A stretch of 64,000 nucleotides of DNA from an uncultured Candidatus Saccharibacteria bacterium. GTDB lineage: Bacteria > Patescibacteriota > Minisyncoccia > Phycocordibacterales > DAORIS01. The notes beneath the pieces are model-generated. The model saw nothing but the letters and a program-made list of their open reading frames with translations. It was not told the DNA's origin and searched no databases. The stretch lies in contig CAZXUH010000001.1 in assembly GCA_964644035.1 (NCBI GenBank), forward strand, positions 3,712 through 67,711, in the 5' to 3' direction. Made by a program: the position numbers and the translations under genes. Below are positions 29,267 through 39,339 of this stretch, piece by piece (position 1 is the stretch's first letter; every line of letters begins with the position of its first letter).

Positions 29267-29404
29267 GGTTTGTTTTTTACTAATTGTGTATACTTCACCC
29301 TGAAGCAGGTAAGGTTGTTTTTATTGTCCGTCGCCGGTCGCACTCACATATTTACATTTGTAGGAGCTAGCCCCGACGACGGACACTGGACGGAACCGAT
29401 ATAT

Positions 29405-30430
29405 ATGAAAATAGAAAGAGATGTTTCTCTAGCCTCTAAAACCACATTTAAGATAGGTGGCATTGCCAAGCAATACGTAGAAGTCGCAACACTCGAAGAA
29501 TTGCGAGCGGCATTTGCGTATGCGCACATGGGCAGTCTGCCGGTGTTTATGCTTGGTGGTGGATCCAATATTTTGATTTCTGATGCTGGATTTTCGGGAT
29601 TGGTCATCAAAAATAACATAAAGGGAATCTCTTGGAAAGAATTTCCTAAGACGGTCGACTGCGTGGCTTCAGCAGGTGAGAATTGGGATGATGTTGTGTC
29701 TCAAGCAGTGCAAAAAGGATTGCAAGGTATAGAAAATCTTTCTCTTGTGCCTGGATCGGTTGGAGGAGCGATCGTTCAAAATATTGGAGCATATGGCAGT
29801 GAGATCAAAGACGTCGTGCAATGGGTTGACGTGCTCGATACTAGGACAGGGCAGATAGAGAGAGTGGGACTTAAGGATTGTCAGTTTGAGTATAGAAACA
29901 GTTTTTTCAAAAGTCCTGCAGCAAAACATTTTATTGTTGTCAGTGCGACGCTCCGACTTGAGCGCGAGGGCAAGCCAAAACTTGTCTACAAAGATTTGAT
30001 CGACTATTTTGCAAAAAGAAATATAAGCACTCCTACTGTTGCTCAAGTACGCGATGCGGTGGTTGATATACGTACATCCAAACTACCTGATTTTTCAAAA
30101 GTCGGAACAGCAGGCTCTTTTTTCAAAAATCAGATCATTACAAAAGGCGAATATGAAGTATTGAAGAAAAAGTATCCTGAAATACCCTTTTTTGAAGTCG
30201 ATGAAGAGCATGTAAAGGTGCCTTTGGCTTGGATTATCGACAAAGTGTGCAATCTTAAAGGATATAAGCAGGGAAATGTCGGTATATATGAGAAACAGGC
30301 TGTGGTACTGGTAAATTATGGCAATGCGACTCAAAAAGACATAGATCTACTGGCTGGATATGTTGCTAGAAGCGTTTTTGAGAAAACAGGCCTGACTATA
30401 GAAAGAGAGGTCGAAAGTGTGCTAGGATAG
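29405..30430 (+). CDS. murB: UDP-N-acetylenolpyruvoylglucosamine reductase
   Basis: It has the FAD-binding domain motifs TTFKIGG and LGGGSNIL and the MurB C-terminal domain. The ORF-track start at 29270 is a TTG extension through the leader hairpins, so the ATG at 29405 is preferred. Confidence 0.85.
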   Translation: MKIERDVSLASKTTFKIGGIAKQYVEVATLEELRAAFAYAHMGSLPVFMLGGGSNILISDAGFSGLVIKNNIKGISWKEFPKTVDCVASAGENWDDVVSQAVQKGLQGIENLSLVPGSVGGAIVQNIGAYGSEIKDVVQWVDVLDTRTGQIERVGLKDCQFEYRNSFFKSPAAKHFIVVSATLRLEREGKPKLVYKDLIDYFAKRNISTPTVAQVRDAVVDIRTSKLPDFSKVGTAGSFFKNQIITKGEYEVLKKKYPEIPFFEVDEEHVKVPLAWIIDKVCNLKGYKQGNVGIYEKQAVVLVNYGNATQKDIDLLAGYVARSVFEKTGLTIEREVESVLG

Positions 30431-30434
30431 CCCT

Positions 30435-32957
30435 ATGTTGTCATTTTTTAGCCAACCGGAAAAGCGCATTTTGTCCAAACACAAGGGCAAAATAGCCGCT
30501 ATAAACAACCTAGAACAGAAATACGCAGCTCTTAGCGATACAGACCTAGCGGCACAAACTTCTTCACTCAAGCAGTCTCTTTCTGCTGGCAAGACTCTCG
30601 ATGATATTCTGCCCGAGGCTTTTGCACTTGTAAGAGAAGCTTCGAAGCGCACACTCGGTCAGCGACATTACGATGTACAGCTTGTCGGAGGTATGGTGCT
30701 TCACGGAGGTTCTATTTCTGAAATGAAAACCGGAGAAGGAAAAACTCTGGTTGCAACCTTGCCTGCATATCTCAATGCTCTCACTGGCAAAGGCGTGCAT
30801 ATCGTGACCGTCAACGATTATCTTTCACGACGAGATGCGGTATGGATGGGACAAGTTTTTGCATTGCTCGGGCTATCTGTGGGTGTTATCAATACCGACG
30901 GTTCATACTTGTACGATTCAAATCATAAAGAAGAAGATACAAAGCGCGATGAAGTTGCTTCATTTAAGATTGTTTATGATTTCTTAAGACCAAGTACGCG
31001 CAAGGAAGCCTATGGAGCTGATATTACGTACGGTACCAACAATGAATTTGGCTTCGATTACCTTCGAGACAATATTGAATACGATCCCAACAATCTTCGT
31101 CAGCGCGAACACAACTATGCGATTGTCGATGAAATAGACTCGATTCTTATCGATGAAGCGCGCACGCCGCTCATTATTTCTTCACCAACAGTCGAGTCAG
31201 AAAATCTCTACGCTCTTTTTTCAGGTATCGCTGAAAAACTCAAAGAGGGCGATCACTACACTGTTGATGAAAAATTCAGGCAGATACAACTCTCCGATGC
31301 CGGTATCGAGGCGGCCGAGAAAATGCTCAATGTCGACAATATTTATACCGAAAAGGGTATTAAGTATGTGCATCATCTTGAAACAGCAGTTAGGGCCAAG
31401 GCGCTGTATAAAAAAGAAAAAGAATATGTCGTGCGCGATGGTGAGGTGATCATTGTCGATGAATTTACTGGTCGCATGCAGCCAGGCCGACGCTGGTCAG
31501 AAGGTCTTCATCAGGCTATCGAAGCCAAAGAAGGTGTTTCCGTGCAGAAAGAATCCCGCACCTTTGCTTCTATTACCTTTCAAAACTATTTCCGTCTCTA
31601 CAAAAAACTTTCGGGTATGACGGGTACTGCCGCAACCTCCAAAGAAGAATTCTTCAAAGTCTACAATCTCGATACCATGGTCATTCCGACCAATAAACCA
31701 GTAGTTCGCAAAGATGCCAACGATCTTATTTTCCAGACAGAAAATGGCAAATTTACTGCAGCAGCAAATAAAGTAAAAGAACTTCATATCAAAGGTCAGC
31801 CAGTGCTTGTCGGTACAGTGTCTATCGAACGCAATGAAGTTCTTTCTGACTATCTCAAACGTATTGGCGTGCCGCACCAAGTACTCAATGCTAAGAATCA
31901 CGAACGTGAAGGAGAAATTATTGCCGAAGCTGGCAAAAAGGGTGCAGTGACGATCGCTACCAACATGGCCGGTCGAGGAGTTGATATTAAGCTTGGAGGT
32001 GTCGGAGCAAGCAAAGAACAATATGAAGAAATAAAAGCTCTTGGAGGTCTCTTCGTGCTCGGTACCGAAAGGCATGAAGCTAGGCGTATCGACAACCAGC
32101 TTCGAGGACGTTCAGGAAGACAAGGAGATCCTGGCGAGACACAATTCTTCGTTTCTCTTGGCGATTCACTCATGCGTATTTTTGCGTCTGATCTTGTGAA
32201 GCGCATGATGGGCAAGATAGGAATGCGTGAGGATGAACCAATTGAAAACTTTCTCCTCTCACGCGGACTTGAGTCTGCGCAATCTAAGATTGAAGGTATA
32301 CATTTTGATTCTCGAAAACACACGCTCCAATATGATGATGTCATGAACTATCAGCGCGGTATTGTCTATACTCGCCGCAGAAAACTATTGCTCGGCCAAG
32401 GCAACGATCTCAAAGAACTGCTCGATGAAGTGCTCACTCTTGAACATGCAGATGATTCTATAAAGGAAGTAATAGAAAAGAAAAAGAAAGAACTCGGCGA
32501 AGAAGAATTCAACAAAGTCGTCCGACGTCTCATGCTCCAGACGATTGATATGTTCTGGATCGATCATCTCGAACAGATGGATTATCTTCGAAGCTCGGTC
32601 AATCTTCGTGCGTACGGTCAGCGTGATCCGCTTGTCGAATACAAGAGAGAAGGTCTCGGTCTTTTCAAGGCTATGCAACAGGCAATCAATGACCAAGTAA
32701 TGGCTCTTATTCCAAATATCCAGTCAGATGCATTTGTCGCTGAACAAAGGGAAATGGAACGCGTTCAGGCCAATGCCCAGCTTATCGGCGCTTCGACATC
32801 GGTCCAAGGTCAGACTGTGGTGCTTCGCGGCGAAACTCCACATGGAGAGAAAACCGGCCGCAATGAAAAAATAACCATTACCAAAGGTCAGGAGAAAAAA
32901 GAAATCAAGTTTAAACAGCTTGAGCAGTATCAAAAGGAAGGTTGGAAAGCTGCATAG
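30435..32957 (+). CDS. secA: Preprotein translocase ATPase SecA
   Basis: It has DEAD-like motifs (MKTGEGKT, DEIDSILIDEARTPLIIS) and a SecA scaffold/wing. It is 840 aa. Confidence 0.95.
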   Translation: MLSFFSQPEKRILSKHKGKIAAINNLEQKYAALSDTDLAAQTSSLKQSLSAGKTLDDILPEAFALVREASKRTLGQRHYDVQLVGGMVLHGGSISEMKTGEGKTLVATLPAYLNALTGKGVHIVTVNDYLSRRDAVWMGQVFALLGLSVGVINTDGSYLYDSNHKEEDTKRDEVASFKIVYDFLRPSTRKEAYGADITYGTNNEFGFDYLRDNIEYDPNNLRQREHNYAIVDEIDSILIDEARTPLIISSPTVESENLYALFSGIAEKLKEGDHYTVDEKFRQIQLSDAGIEAAEKMLNVDNIYTEKGIKYVHHLETAVRAKALYKKEKEYVVRDGEVIIVDEFTGRMQPGRRWSEGLHQAIEAKEGVSVQKESRTFASITFQNYFRLYKKLSGMTGTAATSKEEFFKVYNLDTMVIPTNKPVVRKDANDLIFQTENGKFTAAANKVKELHIKGQPVLVGTVSIERNEVLSDYLKRIGVPHQVLNAKNHEREGEIIAEAGKKGAVTIATNMAGRGVDIKLGGVGASKEQYEEIKALGGLFVLGTERHEARRIDNQLRGRSGRQGDPGETQFFVSLGDSLMRIFASDLVKRMMGKIGMREDEPIENFLLSRGLESAQSKIEGIHFDSRKHTLQYDDVMNYQRGIVYTRRRKLLLGQGNDLKELLDEVLTLEHADDSIKEVIEKKKKELGEEEFNKVVRRLMLQTIDMFWIDHLEQMDYLRSSVNLRAYGQRDPLVEYKREGLGLFKAMQQAINDQVMALIPNIQSDAFVAEQREMERVQANAQLIGASTSVQGQTVVLRGETPHGEKTGRNEKITITKGQEKKEIKFKQLEQYQKEGWKAA

Positions 32958-32966
32958 CTTAAATAA

Positions 32967-34049
32967 ATGGAACAAAGCCCAGATCCAATAGTACGTTTTC
33001 ATACGACGACTCAAACGTCTTGGGACGCGATGCTTGATGCTATTCGCAATGCCACAAAAACAATAGAGTTTGAACAATATATTTTCGTCAATGACGTTAT
33101 TGGGAGCAATTTTCTCAAAACGATAGTTAGAAAAGCCGAAGAGGGTGTAAAGATCAAATTGCTTTTTGATATGGTCGGCAGCCTTTCATTTTATTTGTCA
33201 GATTTACCAGAACATCTGAGGGAAAAGGGAATTGAGGTCTTATTTTTCAATCCCATATCTCTGTGGCGTCTTGGCAATATCACGTCGCACTTTTTCAGAG
33301 ACCATAGAAAAATTCTTATCATAGACGGAGTGGTTGGTTTTGTCGGAGGAGTGGGAATTGCCGACTATATGTCGACATGGAGAGATACGATGGTGGAAAT
33401 CCATGGTGAATTTGTCAAAAATATTCAGCTGACGTTCGATACGGTCTGGAAAAGAATACTGACAGGTCTGCATCGACGTTTTAAAAAAGATTTGCTTTTT
33501 CACAAAGATTTCGAAGTACTTATCAATTCTCCGCGTTTCAAGCAGCGATTTTTATATCATGCGTATATCGATCAGATACGCAATGCTGAGAAATATATTT
33601 ATCTTGCTGCACCGTATTTTGTACCTGATCGAAGATTCCTACGTGCTCTTCGAGTAGCTGCGCATAGAGGGGTAGATGTAAGAGTAGTGTTGCCAGAGGT
33701 CTCTGATGCGTATTTTGTCGATTATGTGCAGAGTTGGTACATTACGCGATGCATAAAATCGGGTATTAAAGTCTATGCGTATAAAGGACCTTTTTATCAT
33801 GTCAAAATGGCTGCTATCGATGATGCGTGGGCAACAGTCGGTTCTTCCAATCTCGACAATCTTAGCTTTCTTTTCAATTATGAAATCAATATCGCTTCGT
33901 CCAACCACAGATTTGTCGACTCAGTTAAGCGTGATTTCGAACGTGATATAAGCAATTGCGAGGAGATTTTGCCAGAAAAATGGGATAAACGCTTCTTTAT
34001 CAGAAAAATTCTCGAAGTCCTGACGTGGCCATTTCATAAGATATTCTAA
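32967..34049 (+). CDS. Phospholipase D family protein (cardiolipin synthase-like)
   Basis: It has two HKD-type motifs, including HVKMAAIDDAWATVGSSNLD. Confidence 0.75.
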   Translation: MEQSPDPIVRFHTTTQTSWDAMLDAIRNATKTIEFEQYIFVNDVIGSNFLKTIVRKAEEGVKIKLLFDMVGSLSFYLSDLPEHLREKGIEVLFFNPISLWRLGNITSHFFRDHRKILIIDGVVGFVGGVGIADYMSTWRDTMVEIHGEFVKNIQLTFDTVWKRILTGLHRRFKKDLLFHKDFEVLINSPRFKQRFLYHAYIDQIRNAEKYIYLAAPYFVPDRRFLRALRVAAHRGVDVRVVLPEVSDAYFVDYVQSWYITRCIKSGIKVYAYKGPFYHVKMAAIDDAWATVGSSNLDNLSFLFNYEINIASSNHRFVDSVKRDFERDISNCEEILPEKWDKRFFIRKILEVLTWPFHKIF

Positions 34050-34114
34050 CGGTTTCTCCTTAGTGAGTGAGTGTGCTAAAATGCGCTCTGTAATTAAAAT
34101 TATTCAGAGATATT

Positions 34115-35398
34115 ATGGCAACCATTTCAAAGATTCAGGCGCGAGAGATTATTGATTCACGAGGCAATCCGACTGTCGAAGTCGACCTCACCCTTTCAGA
34201 CGGCTCTTTTGGTAGAGCAGCAGTACCGTCGGGTGCTTCGACTGGCTCTCATGAAGCAGTAGAGCTTCGTGATGGCGATAAGCGATACGGCGGCAAGGGT
34301 GTAGAAAAAGCGGTTGCCAATGCAAATACAGAAATTGCCAAGGCGCTTGTCGGAAAAAGTTTTACTCAGCGTGAAATAGACGATGCCATGATCACTCTCG
34401 ATGGTACGGAAAACAAAGGTCGTCTCGGTGCCAATGCGATTCTTGGAGTGTCTCTTGCTTTTGCTCATGCGACCGCTAAGTCTCAAAAGAAACCTCTCTA
34501 TGCTTATTTCAAAGATATTGCTGGCCTAGGCAATGCATATCGCTTGCCAGTACCTATGATGAATGTGCTCAACGGTGGCAAACATGCAGACAATTCGACC
34601 GATCTTCAGGAATTTATGATTATGCCGCTCGGAGCACCATCTTTCAAAGAAGCGCTTCGCTACGGTGCAGAAACATTTCATGCTCTCAAGAAAATTTTGG
34701 CTGCTAGAGGACTCAATACATCGGTAGGTGATGAGGGTGGATATGCACCAGCACTTCCAAACAATGAATCGGCAATCGAAGTTATTCTCGAAGCGATACA
34801 AAAGGCTGGATATACTCCAGGCAAAGATATTTTTATTGCTATCGACGCCGCAGCCAGTGAGCTCTATGAAGGTGGAACATACAATCTCAAAACAGAGAAT
34901 AAAAAACTCTCAAGTAGTGAAATGGTCGAATACTATGCACATTGGTCAAAAAAATATCCAATCGTTTCTATCGAAGATGGACTTTCTGAAGATGATTGGC
35001 AAGGCTATATAGAAATGACAAAAAAGATTGGCGATAAAGTACAGATTGTTGGCGATGATCTTTTTGTCACAAATATAAAACGTCTCAAGCAGGGTATAGA
35101 AAAGAAAGCTGGTAATTCTATCTTGATCAAGCTCAATCAAATCGGCACGGTCTCTGAAACGATCGATTCGATCAAGATGGCAAAAGACGCAGGCCTGACT
35201 TCTATTGTCTCGCACCGATCAGGTGAAACCGAAGACACTACTATTTCTGATTTTGTTGTCGGACTCGGCACTGGTCAGATCAAGACAGGATCGCTTTCAA
35301 GAACCGATCGTCTTGCAAAATACAATCAACTTCTACGAATCGAAGAAGAGCTTGGTAACGATGCAGTATTTCCTGGTATGGATGTGCTCAAGGCCTAG
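34115..35398 (+). CDS. eno: Enolase
   Basis: It has the N-terminal [18 protein letters not shown] and the catalytic loop SHRSGETED. It is 427 aa. Confidence 0.95.
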   Translation: MATISKIQAREIIDSRGNPTVEVDLTLSDGSFGRAAVPSGASTGSHEAVELRDGDKRYGGKGVEKAVANANTEIAKALVGKSFTQREIDDAMITLDGTENKGRLGANAILGVSLAFAHATAKSQKKPLYAYFKDIAGLGNAYRLPVPMMNVLNGGKHADNSTDLQEFMIMPLGAPSFKEALRYGAETFHALKKILAARGLNTSVGDEGGYAPALPNNESAIEVILEAIQKAGYTPGKDIFIAIDAAASELYEGGTYNLKTENKKLSSSEMVEYYAHWSKKYPIVSIEDGLSEDDWQGYIEMTKKIGDKVQIVGDDLFVTNIKRLKQGIEKKAGNSILIKLNQIGTVSETIDSIKMAKDAGLTSIVSHRSGETEDTTISDFVVGLGTGQIKTGSLSRTDRLAKYNQLLRIEEELGNDAVFPGMDVLKA

Positions 35399-35688
35399 AG
35401 GCTATTGTGGTAAGACTGGTTGATAACCTTCTTTTCCAGAAGAGTACTATTGAGTGCTGATAGTCCCCGATCAATTTTTTCGAGCATTCTTTCCATGCGC
35501 GGAATCTTTTCAACTTCAATTGCTAGTTTCTTAATATCAGGAAAATCATTTACCACACCTCTCACTTTTAGTGAGTACACTGTGGTTTTGTATGTTACAT
35601 ATATGATGCCAAAAAATAATAAGGAATAAATACCTACTGTTGGGGAAAGCTCATTGAGTTTTTGAAAAATAATCTGGGACATATTCAC
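35395..35688 (-). CDS. Hypothetical small membrane protein (97 aa), convergent with eno
   Basis: It has a single N-terminal TM followed by a coiled-coil. It occupies the otherwise non-coding eno-gpmI spacer. Its expression is unproven. Confidence 0.3.
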   Translation of the reverse strand: MNMSQIIFQKLNELSPTVGIYSLLFFGIIYVTYKTTVYSLKVRGVVNDFPDIKKLAIEVEKIPRMERMLEKIDRGLSALNSTLLEKKVINQSYHNSL

Positions 35689-35773
35689 GCACCAATCATA
35701 ACAAAGGGTTTCGTGTCATTTCAAGCAGATGTACATTTCGTCTTCATTATTTCTTTATTCTCATTAAAAAAAT

Positions 35774-37312
35774 GTGATATCATCTCGTGGTATGAAATCT
35801 AGAAAGCAGTCAGCGCTTATTATTCTCGATGGTTGGGGATATCGCGAAGATATTCTTCACAATGCTATTGCGCAGGCCAAAACGCCTGTTTTTGATCGAA
35901 TATGGAAAGAGTATCCTCATACGCTTCTAGAAGCATCAGGACTCGCTGTTGGCTTGCCAGAAGGTCAAATGGGCAATAGCGAGATCGGTCATACAACGAT
36001 CGGTGCTGGTAAGCCGATAGACACCGATTTGGTGCGTATTGCCAAAGCTATTGCCAATGATGAATTTAAAAGCAATCCGGCATTTGTCACTATTTTTGAA
36101 CATGTAAAAAAACACAATTCTTTATTGCACGTTGCTGGTTTGCTTGGTGATGGCGGTGTACATGCTCATAGCGATCATTTGTATGCGTTTCTCAAAGCTG
36201 CAAAAGCCAATGGTATACAAAACGTAGCAATACATATTTTTACCGACGGTCGTGATACTCCTCCACAAAGTGCGGCACGATATATCAAGGATCTTGAGCA
36301 TGTGCTCGAAGAAATAGAAATCGGTTTCATTGCCAGCATTTCTGGACGTTTCTTTGCTATGGATCGCGACAATAACTGGGACAGGTTGAATAAGGTAGAA
36401 AAAGTGCTTTTTCAATGCGAGGGAAATATTTGTCATATCAAAGATACCAAACCTTCTGAGTATGTGCATGCATTGTACGCCGAAGGCAAGCTCGATGAAC
36501 ATCTCGAACCAATCGTTGTAAAACATATTGAAGACAAAACATCCGCAGTCAAAGACAATGATGCTATTTTCTTTTTCAATTTCCGTGCCGATCGAGCTCG
36601 CATGCTTTCAAAAAAACTTATAGAAAAAAGTCAGGCCAACAATGTTGCGTTCGCTACAATGACTTCCTATGGCAGCGAATTCTCAACACTTGTGGCATTT
36701 CCTCAAATTGCCATTGAGACTACTTTGGCCAAAGAAATATCTGCAGCAGGTATGACGCAAGCCCATATTGCCGAGACTGAAAAGTTTCCTCATGCTACGT
36801 ATTTTCTCAATGGAGGCAAAGAAGATCCTTATGATGGTGAAGAACACGTCTTGCTTGCCTCGAGAAAAGATGTAGCAACGCACGATCTTGCTCCCAAAAT
36901 GCGCGCAGAGGCTATAGCAGACGAAGCGATCAAGAGAATACAGTCTGGTACCAATTTTATTTTTATAAATTTCGCCAATCCTGATATGGTCGGTCATACT
37001 GCCAATGTACCGGCAATCGTCGAAGCACTTGAAGAAGTAGATACACAGCTTGGTCGAGTGCTCGATGTGCTTGTGGCCAAAGGGGGAGTAGCGTTTGTCA
37101 CAGCTGATCACGGCAATGCTGAAGTAAATATCGATACATCGACAGGAGCGAAACATACATCGCATACGACCAATCCTGTACCAGCAATTGTTACCGAAAA
37201 AGGTCTCACATTGCTCGATGGTGGCACATTGGCCGATATTGCACCGACAATTTTGGCAATTTTAGGTATTGGCTTACCCAAACAAATGACGGGTAGAAAT
37301 CTGATACAATAG
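35774..37312 (+). CDS. gpmI: 2,3-bisphosphoglycerate-independent phosphoglycerate mutase
   Basis: It has LIILDGWG, the metal-binding ADHGN and the iPGM domain architecture. The start may be the Met at 35792. Confidence 0.9.
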   Translation: MISSRGMKSRKQSALIILDGWGYREDILHNAIAQAKTPVFDRIWKEYPHTLLEASGLAVGLPEGQMGNSEIGHTTIGAGKPIDTDLVRIAKAIANDEFKSNPAFVTIFEHVKKHNSLLHVAGLLGDGGVHAHSDHLYAFLKAAKANGIQNVAIHIFTDGRDTPPQSAARYIKDLEHVLEEIEIGFIASISGRFFAMDRDNNWDRLNKVEKVLFQCEGNICHIKDTKPSEYVHALYAEGKLDEHLEPIVVKHIEDKTSAVKDNDAIFFFNFRADRARMLSKKLIEKSQANNVAFATMTSYGSEFSTLVAFPQIAIETTLAKEISAAGMTQAHIAETEKFPHATYFLNGGKEDPYDGEEHVLLASRKDVATHDLAPKMRAEAIADEAIKRIQSGTNFIFINFANPDMVGHTANVPAIVEALEEVDTQLGRVLDVLVAKGGVAFVTADHGNAEVNIDTSTGAKHTSHTTNPVPAIVTEKGLTLLDGGTLADIAPTILAILGIGLPKQMTGRNLIQ

Positions 37313-37319
37313 GACTATT

Positions 37320-38339
37320 ATGATTTCCAATAGATACCAGCATATTTACTTTTTCATATTATTAGTAGCGACGTTTGTGCTTATGTATTTGGTGGTCAGG
37401 CCATATATCGTGGCAATGTTTGTGGCTACGGTCTGTTACGTGATTTTCAAGCAGTATCACGAAAGCATAGAGAGCAAGGTTAAAAGTAGAAATCTGTCTT
37501 CACTCATATCAACGCTTTCTGTCGTGCTCCTTATCATCTTGCCGCTTTTTATTATTAGTATTTTGGTCTTTTATGAAGCGAGGGATTTGTATGCGCATCT
37601 TTCTGTCTCTGACACCTCCTCAGGTATTTTGAGTCGAAGCGTGGCTCGTATCGAAGGAGAACTCCAAGCATATATTCCAGGACTTACGATTGATTTCCAA
37701 ACATATGTCCGAGCAGGTCTCAATGGTCTTATTTCACACACAGGTAGTATTTTCACTGGCTTTGTGAAATTTGCTATTACTCTTGTTCTCATGCTCTTTG
37801 CACTCTTTTATCTTTTCAAGGATGGGAAAAGTTTGCGATCGTATCTTATTCGCATGTCGCCGTTTGATGAACAGGATGATTCAAATATTTTGAGCAGACT
37901 TGAGCTGACGATCAACTCCGTCATTCGTGGCTCACTTATCATTGCTGTCATTCAGGGCGTGCTCACCGGTGTGGGTCTCGCTATCTTCGGTGTCAGTCAG
38001 CCAGTATTGTGGGGCTTGGTAGCGGCTTTTGCATCGCTTATACCAGGCGTTGGTACGGCTATGGTCAGTATTCCAGCAGTTCTATTCTTGATCTTTACAG
38101 GCAATGTATTTGGAGCTATTGGTTACGGCGTGTGGGCAATTCTTGCTATTGGAGGTATAGACAATATCCTTTCGCCACATCTTATAGAACGAAGAGTTAA
38201 GATCCATCCTTTCCTTATTCTTATATCGGTTCTTGGTGGTCTTACATTTTTTGGCCCGATTGGTTTCCTCGCTGGTCCAATCGTCTTGGCATTTACTGTC
38301 GAGCTTTTGAAAATGTATCCTAAGTTTTTGGTTGAATAA
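37320..38339 (+). CDS. AI-2E family transporter (UPF0118/PerM-like)
   Basis: It is a polytopic membrane protein of about 340 aa with the characteristic topology and a Gly-rich TM segment (GPIGFLAGPIVLA). Confidence 0.7.
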   Translation: MISNRYQHIYFFILLVATFVLMYLVVRPYIVAMFVATVCYVIFKQYHESIESKVKSRNLSSLISTLSVVLLIILPLFIISILVFYEARDLYAHLSVSDTSSGILSRSVARIEGELQAYIPGLTIDFQTYVRAGLNGLISHTGSIFTGFVKFAITLVLMLFALFYLFKDGKSLRSYLIRMSPFDEQDDSNILSRLELTINSVIRGSLIIAVIQGVLTGVGLAIFGVSQPVLWGLVAAFASLIPGVGTAMVSIPAVLFLIFTGNVFGAIGYGVWAILAIGGIDNILSPHLIERRVKIHPFLILISVLGGLTFFGPIGFLAGPIVLAFTVELLKMYPKFLVE

Positions 38340-38345
38340 CAACAT

Positions 38346-39221
38346 ATGGATATTGTCACTCACAATGCCCGTTTCCATGCAGACGATGTCTTTGCGGCTG
38401 CTACTATTCTCGAGCTTCATCCTCGTGCGCACTTGAAGCGTACACGCGAGCAGTCGATTATCGATGCGGCAGATATAGTATTTGATGTTGGTAATGTATA
38501 TGACGTCGACAAAATGCGTTTCGATCATCATCAGGCTGGCGGAGCAGGTAAGAGAGCCAATGATATTCCATACGCCTCTTTTGGTTTGGTTTGGAAAAAG
38601 TTTGGTGAGGAACTCTGTGGTAGCAAGGTGGTAGCCGAAGCCGTCGATAGAAAACTTGTGCAGGCAATCGATGCTATGGACAATGGTATTGATCTCAGCG
38701 ATCCGCGTATAGAAGGGTTGTATCCATATACAATTCAGTCTATTACATTTACTTTTGGAGCAACATGGAAAGAAGATCCCGAACTCAATGATACGGAGTT
38801 TATGGAATTGGTAGGATTTGCTCGAAAAATATTGAAAAGGGAAATAAAGCAGGCACAGGATTTCCTCGAAGCTGAGAAACATGTAAAGGCTGCATACGAT
38901 GAAGCTGATGATAAAAGAATCATTGTGCTTGATAACAATTATCCGTGGCAATCCATTTTGACTCTTTTTTCAGAACCTTTGTATGTCGTCAGACCAAATG
39001 TCCAGACCAAAGATTGGAAAGTCGAAGCAGTGCCGGTCAAAATAATGAATTATGAAAATAGGAAAAAATTGCCCGAATCGTGGGCAGGTAAGCGAGATAA
39101 GGAGCTTGCAGAGGTGACGGGTGTGCCAGATGCACATTTCTGTCACAATGGCCGATTTCTAGCGATTGCGAGAAGTAAGGACGGGGCTTTGAAACTGGCA
39201 AAAATTGCGGTGGTTGCCTAA
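38346..39221 (+). CDS. MYG1/UPF0160 family metal-dependent hydrolase
   Basis: It has the N-terminal THNARFHADDVFA and the block DHHQ...SFGLVWKKFG typical of the MYG1 (GAMM1) family. Confidence 0.7.
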   Translation: MDIVTHNARFHADDVFAAATILELHPRAHLKRTREQSIIDAADIVFDVGNVYDVDKMRFDHHQAGGAGKRANDIPYASFGLVWKKFGEELCGSKVVAEAVDRKLVQAIDAMDNGIDLSDPRIEGLYPYTIQSITFTFGATWKEDPELNDTEFMELVGFARKILKREIKQAQDFLEAEKHVKAAYDEADDKRIIVLDNNYPWQSILTLFSEPLYVVRPNVQTKDWKVEAVPVKIMNYENRKKLPESWAGKRDKELAEVTGVPDAHFCHNGRFLAIARSKDGALKLAKIAVVA

Positions 39222-39339
39222 CCACTCCTAAATCTAACCCCATCCTAACCCTCCCCTTATTGGGGTGGGGTTTAAACATTAATGTTGTGGCCGAAGGCCG
39301 GGGTGGTTTAATGGCTCAACAATATGCTAATATGCGTCC

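Noticed and set aside
29270-29404. N-terminal extension of murB starting at TTG 29270
   Set aside because: The extension runs through two leader hairpins and has no MurB homology. The ATG at 29405 aligns with the MurB N-terminus.
31497-32344. Minus-strand ORFs of 192 and 148 aa inside secA
   Set aside because: They are antisense to a highly conserved SecA coding region and have low-complexity composition, so they are spurious.
38082-38951. 289-aa minus-strand ORF spanning the AI-2E transporter and MYG1 genes
   Set aside because: It overlaps two well-supported plus-strand genes completely and in antisense. In an AT-rich genome, long antisense ORFs arise by chance. It has no motifs.
39222-39339. 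Possible tRNA or small RNA gene in the GC-rich MYG1-obg spacer
   Set aside because: There is no cloverleaf, no GTTC T-loop motif and no anticodon arm. It is better explained as a terminator/operator region.
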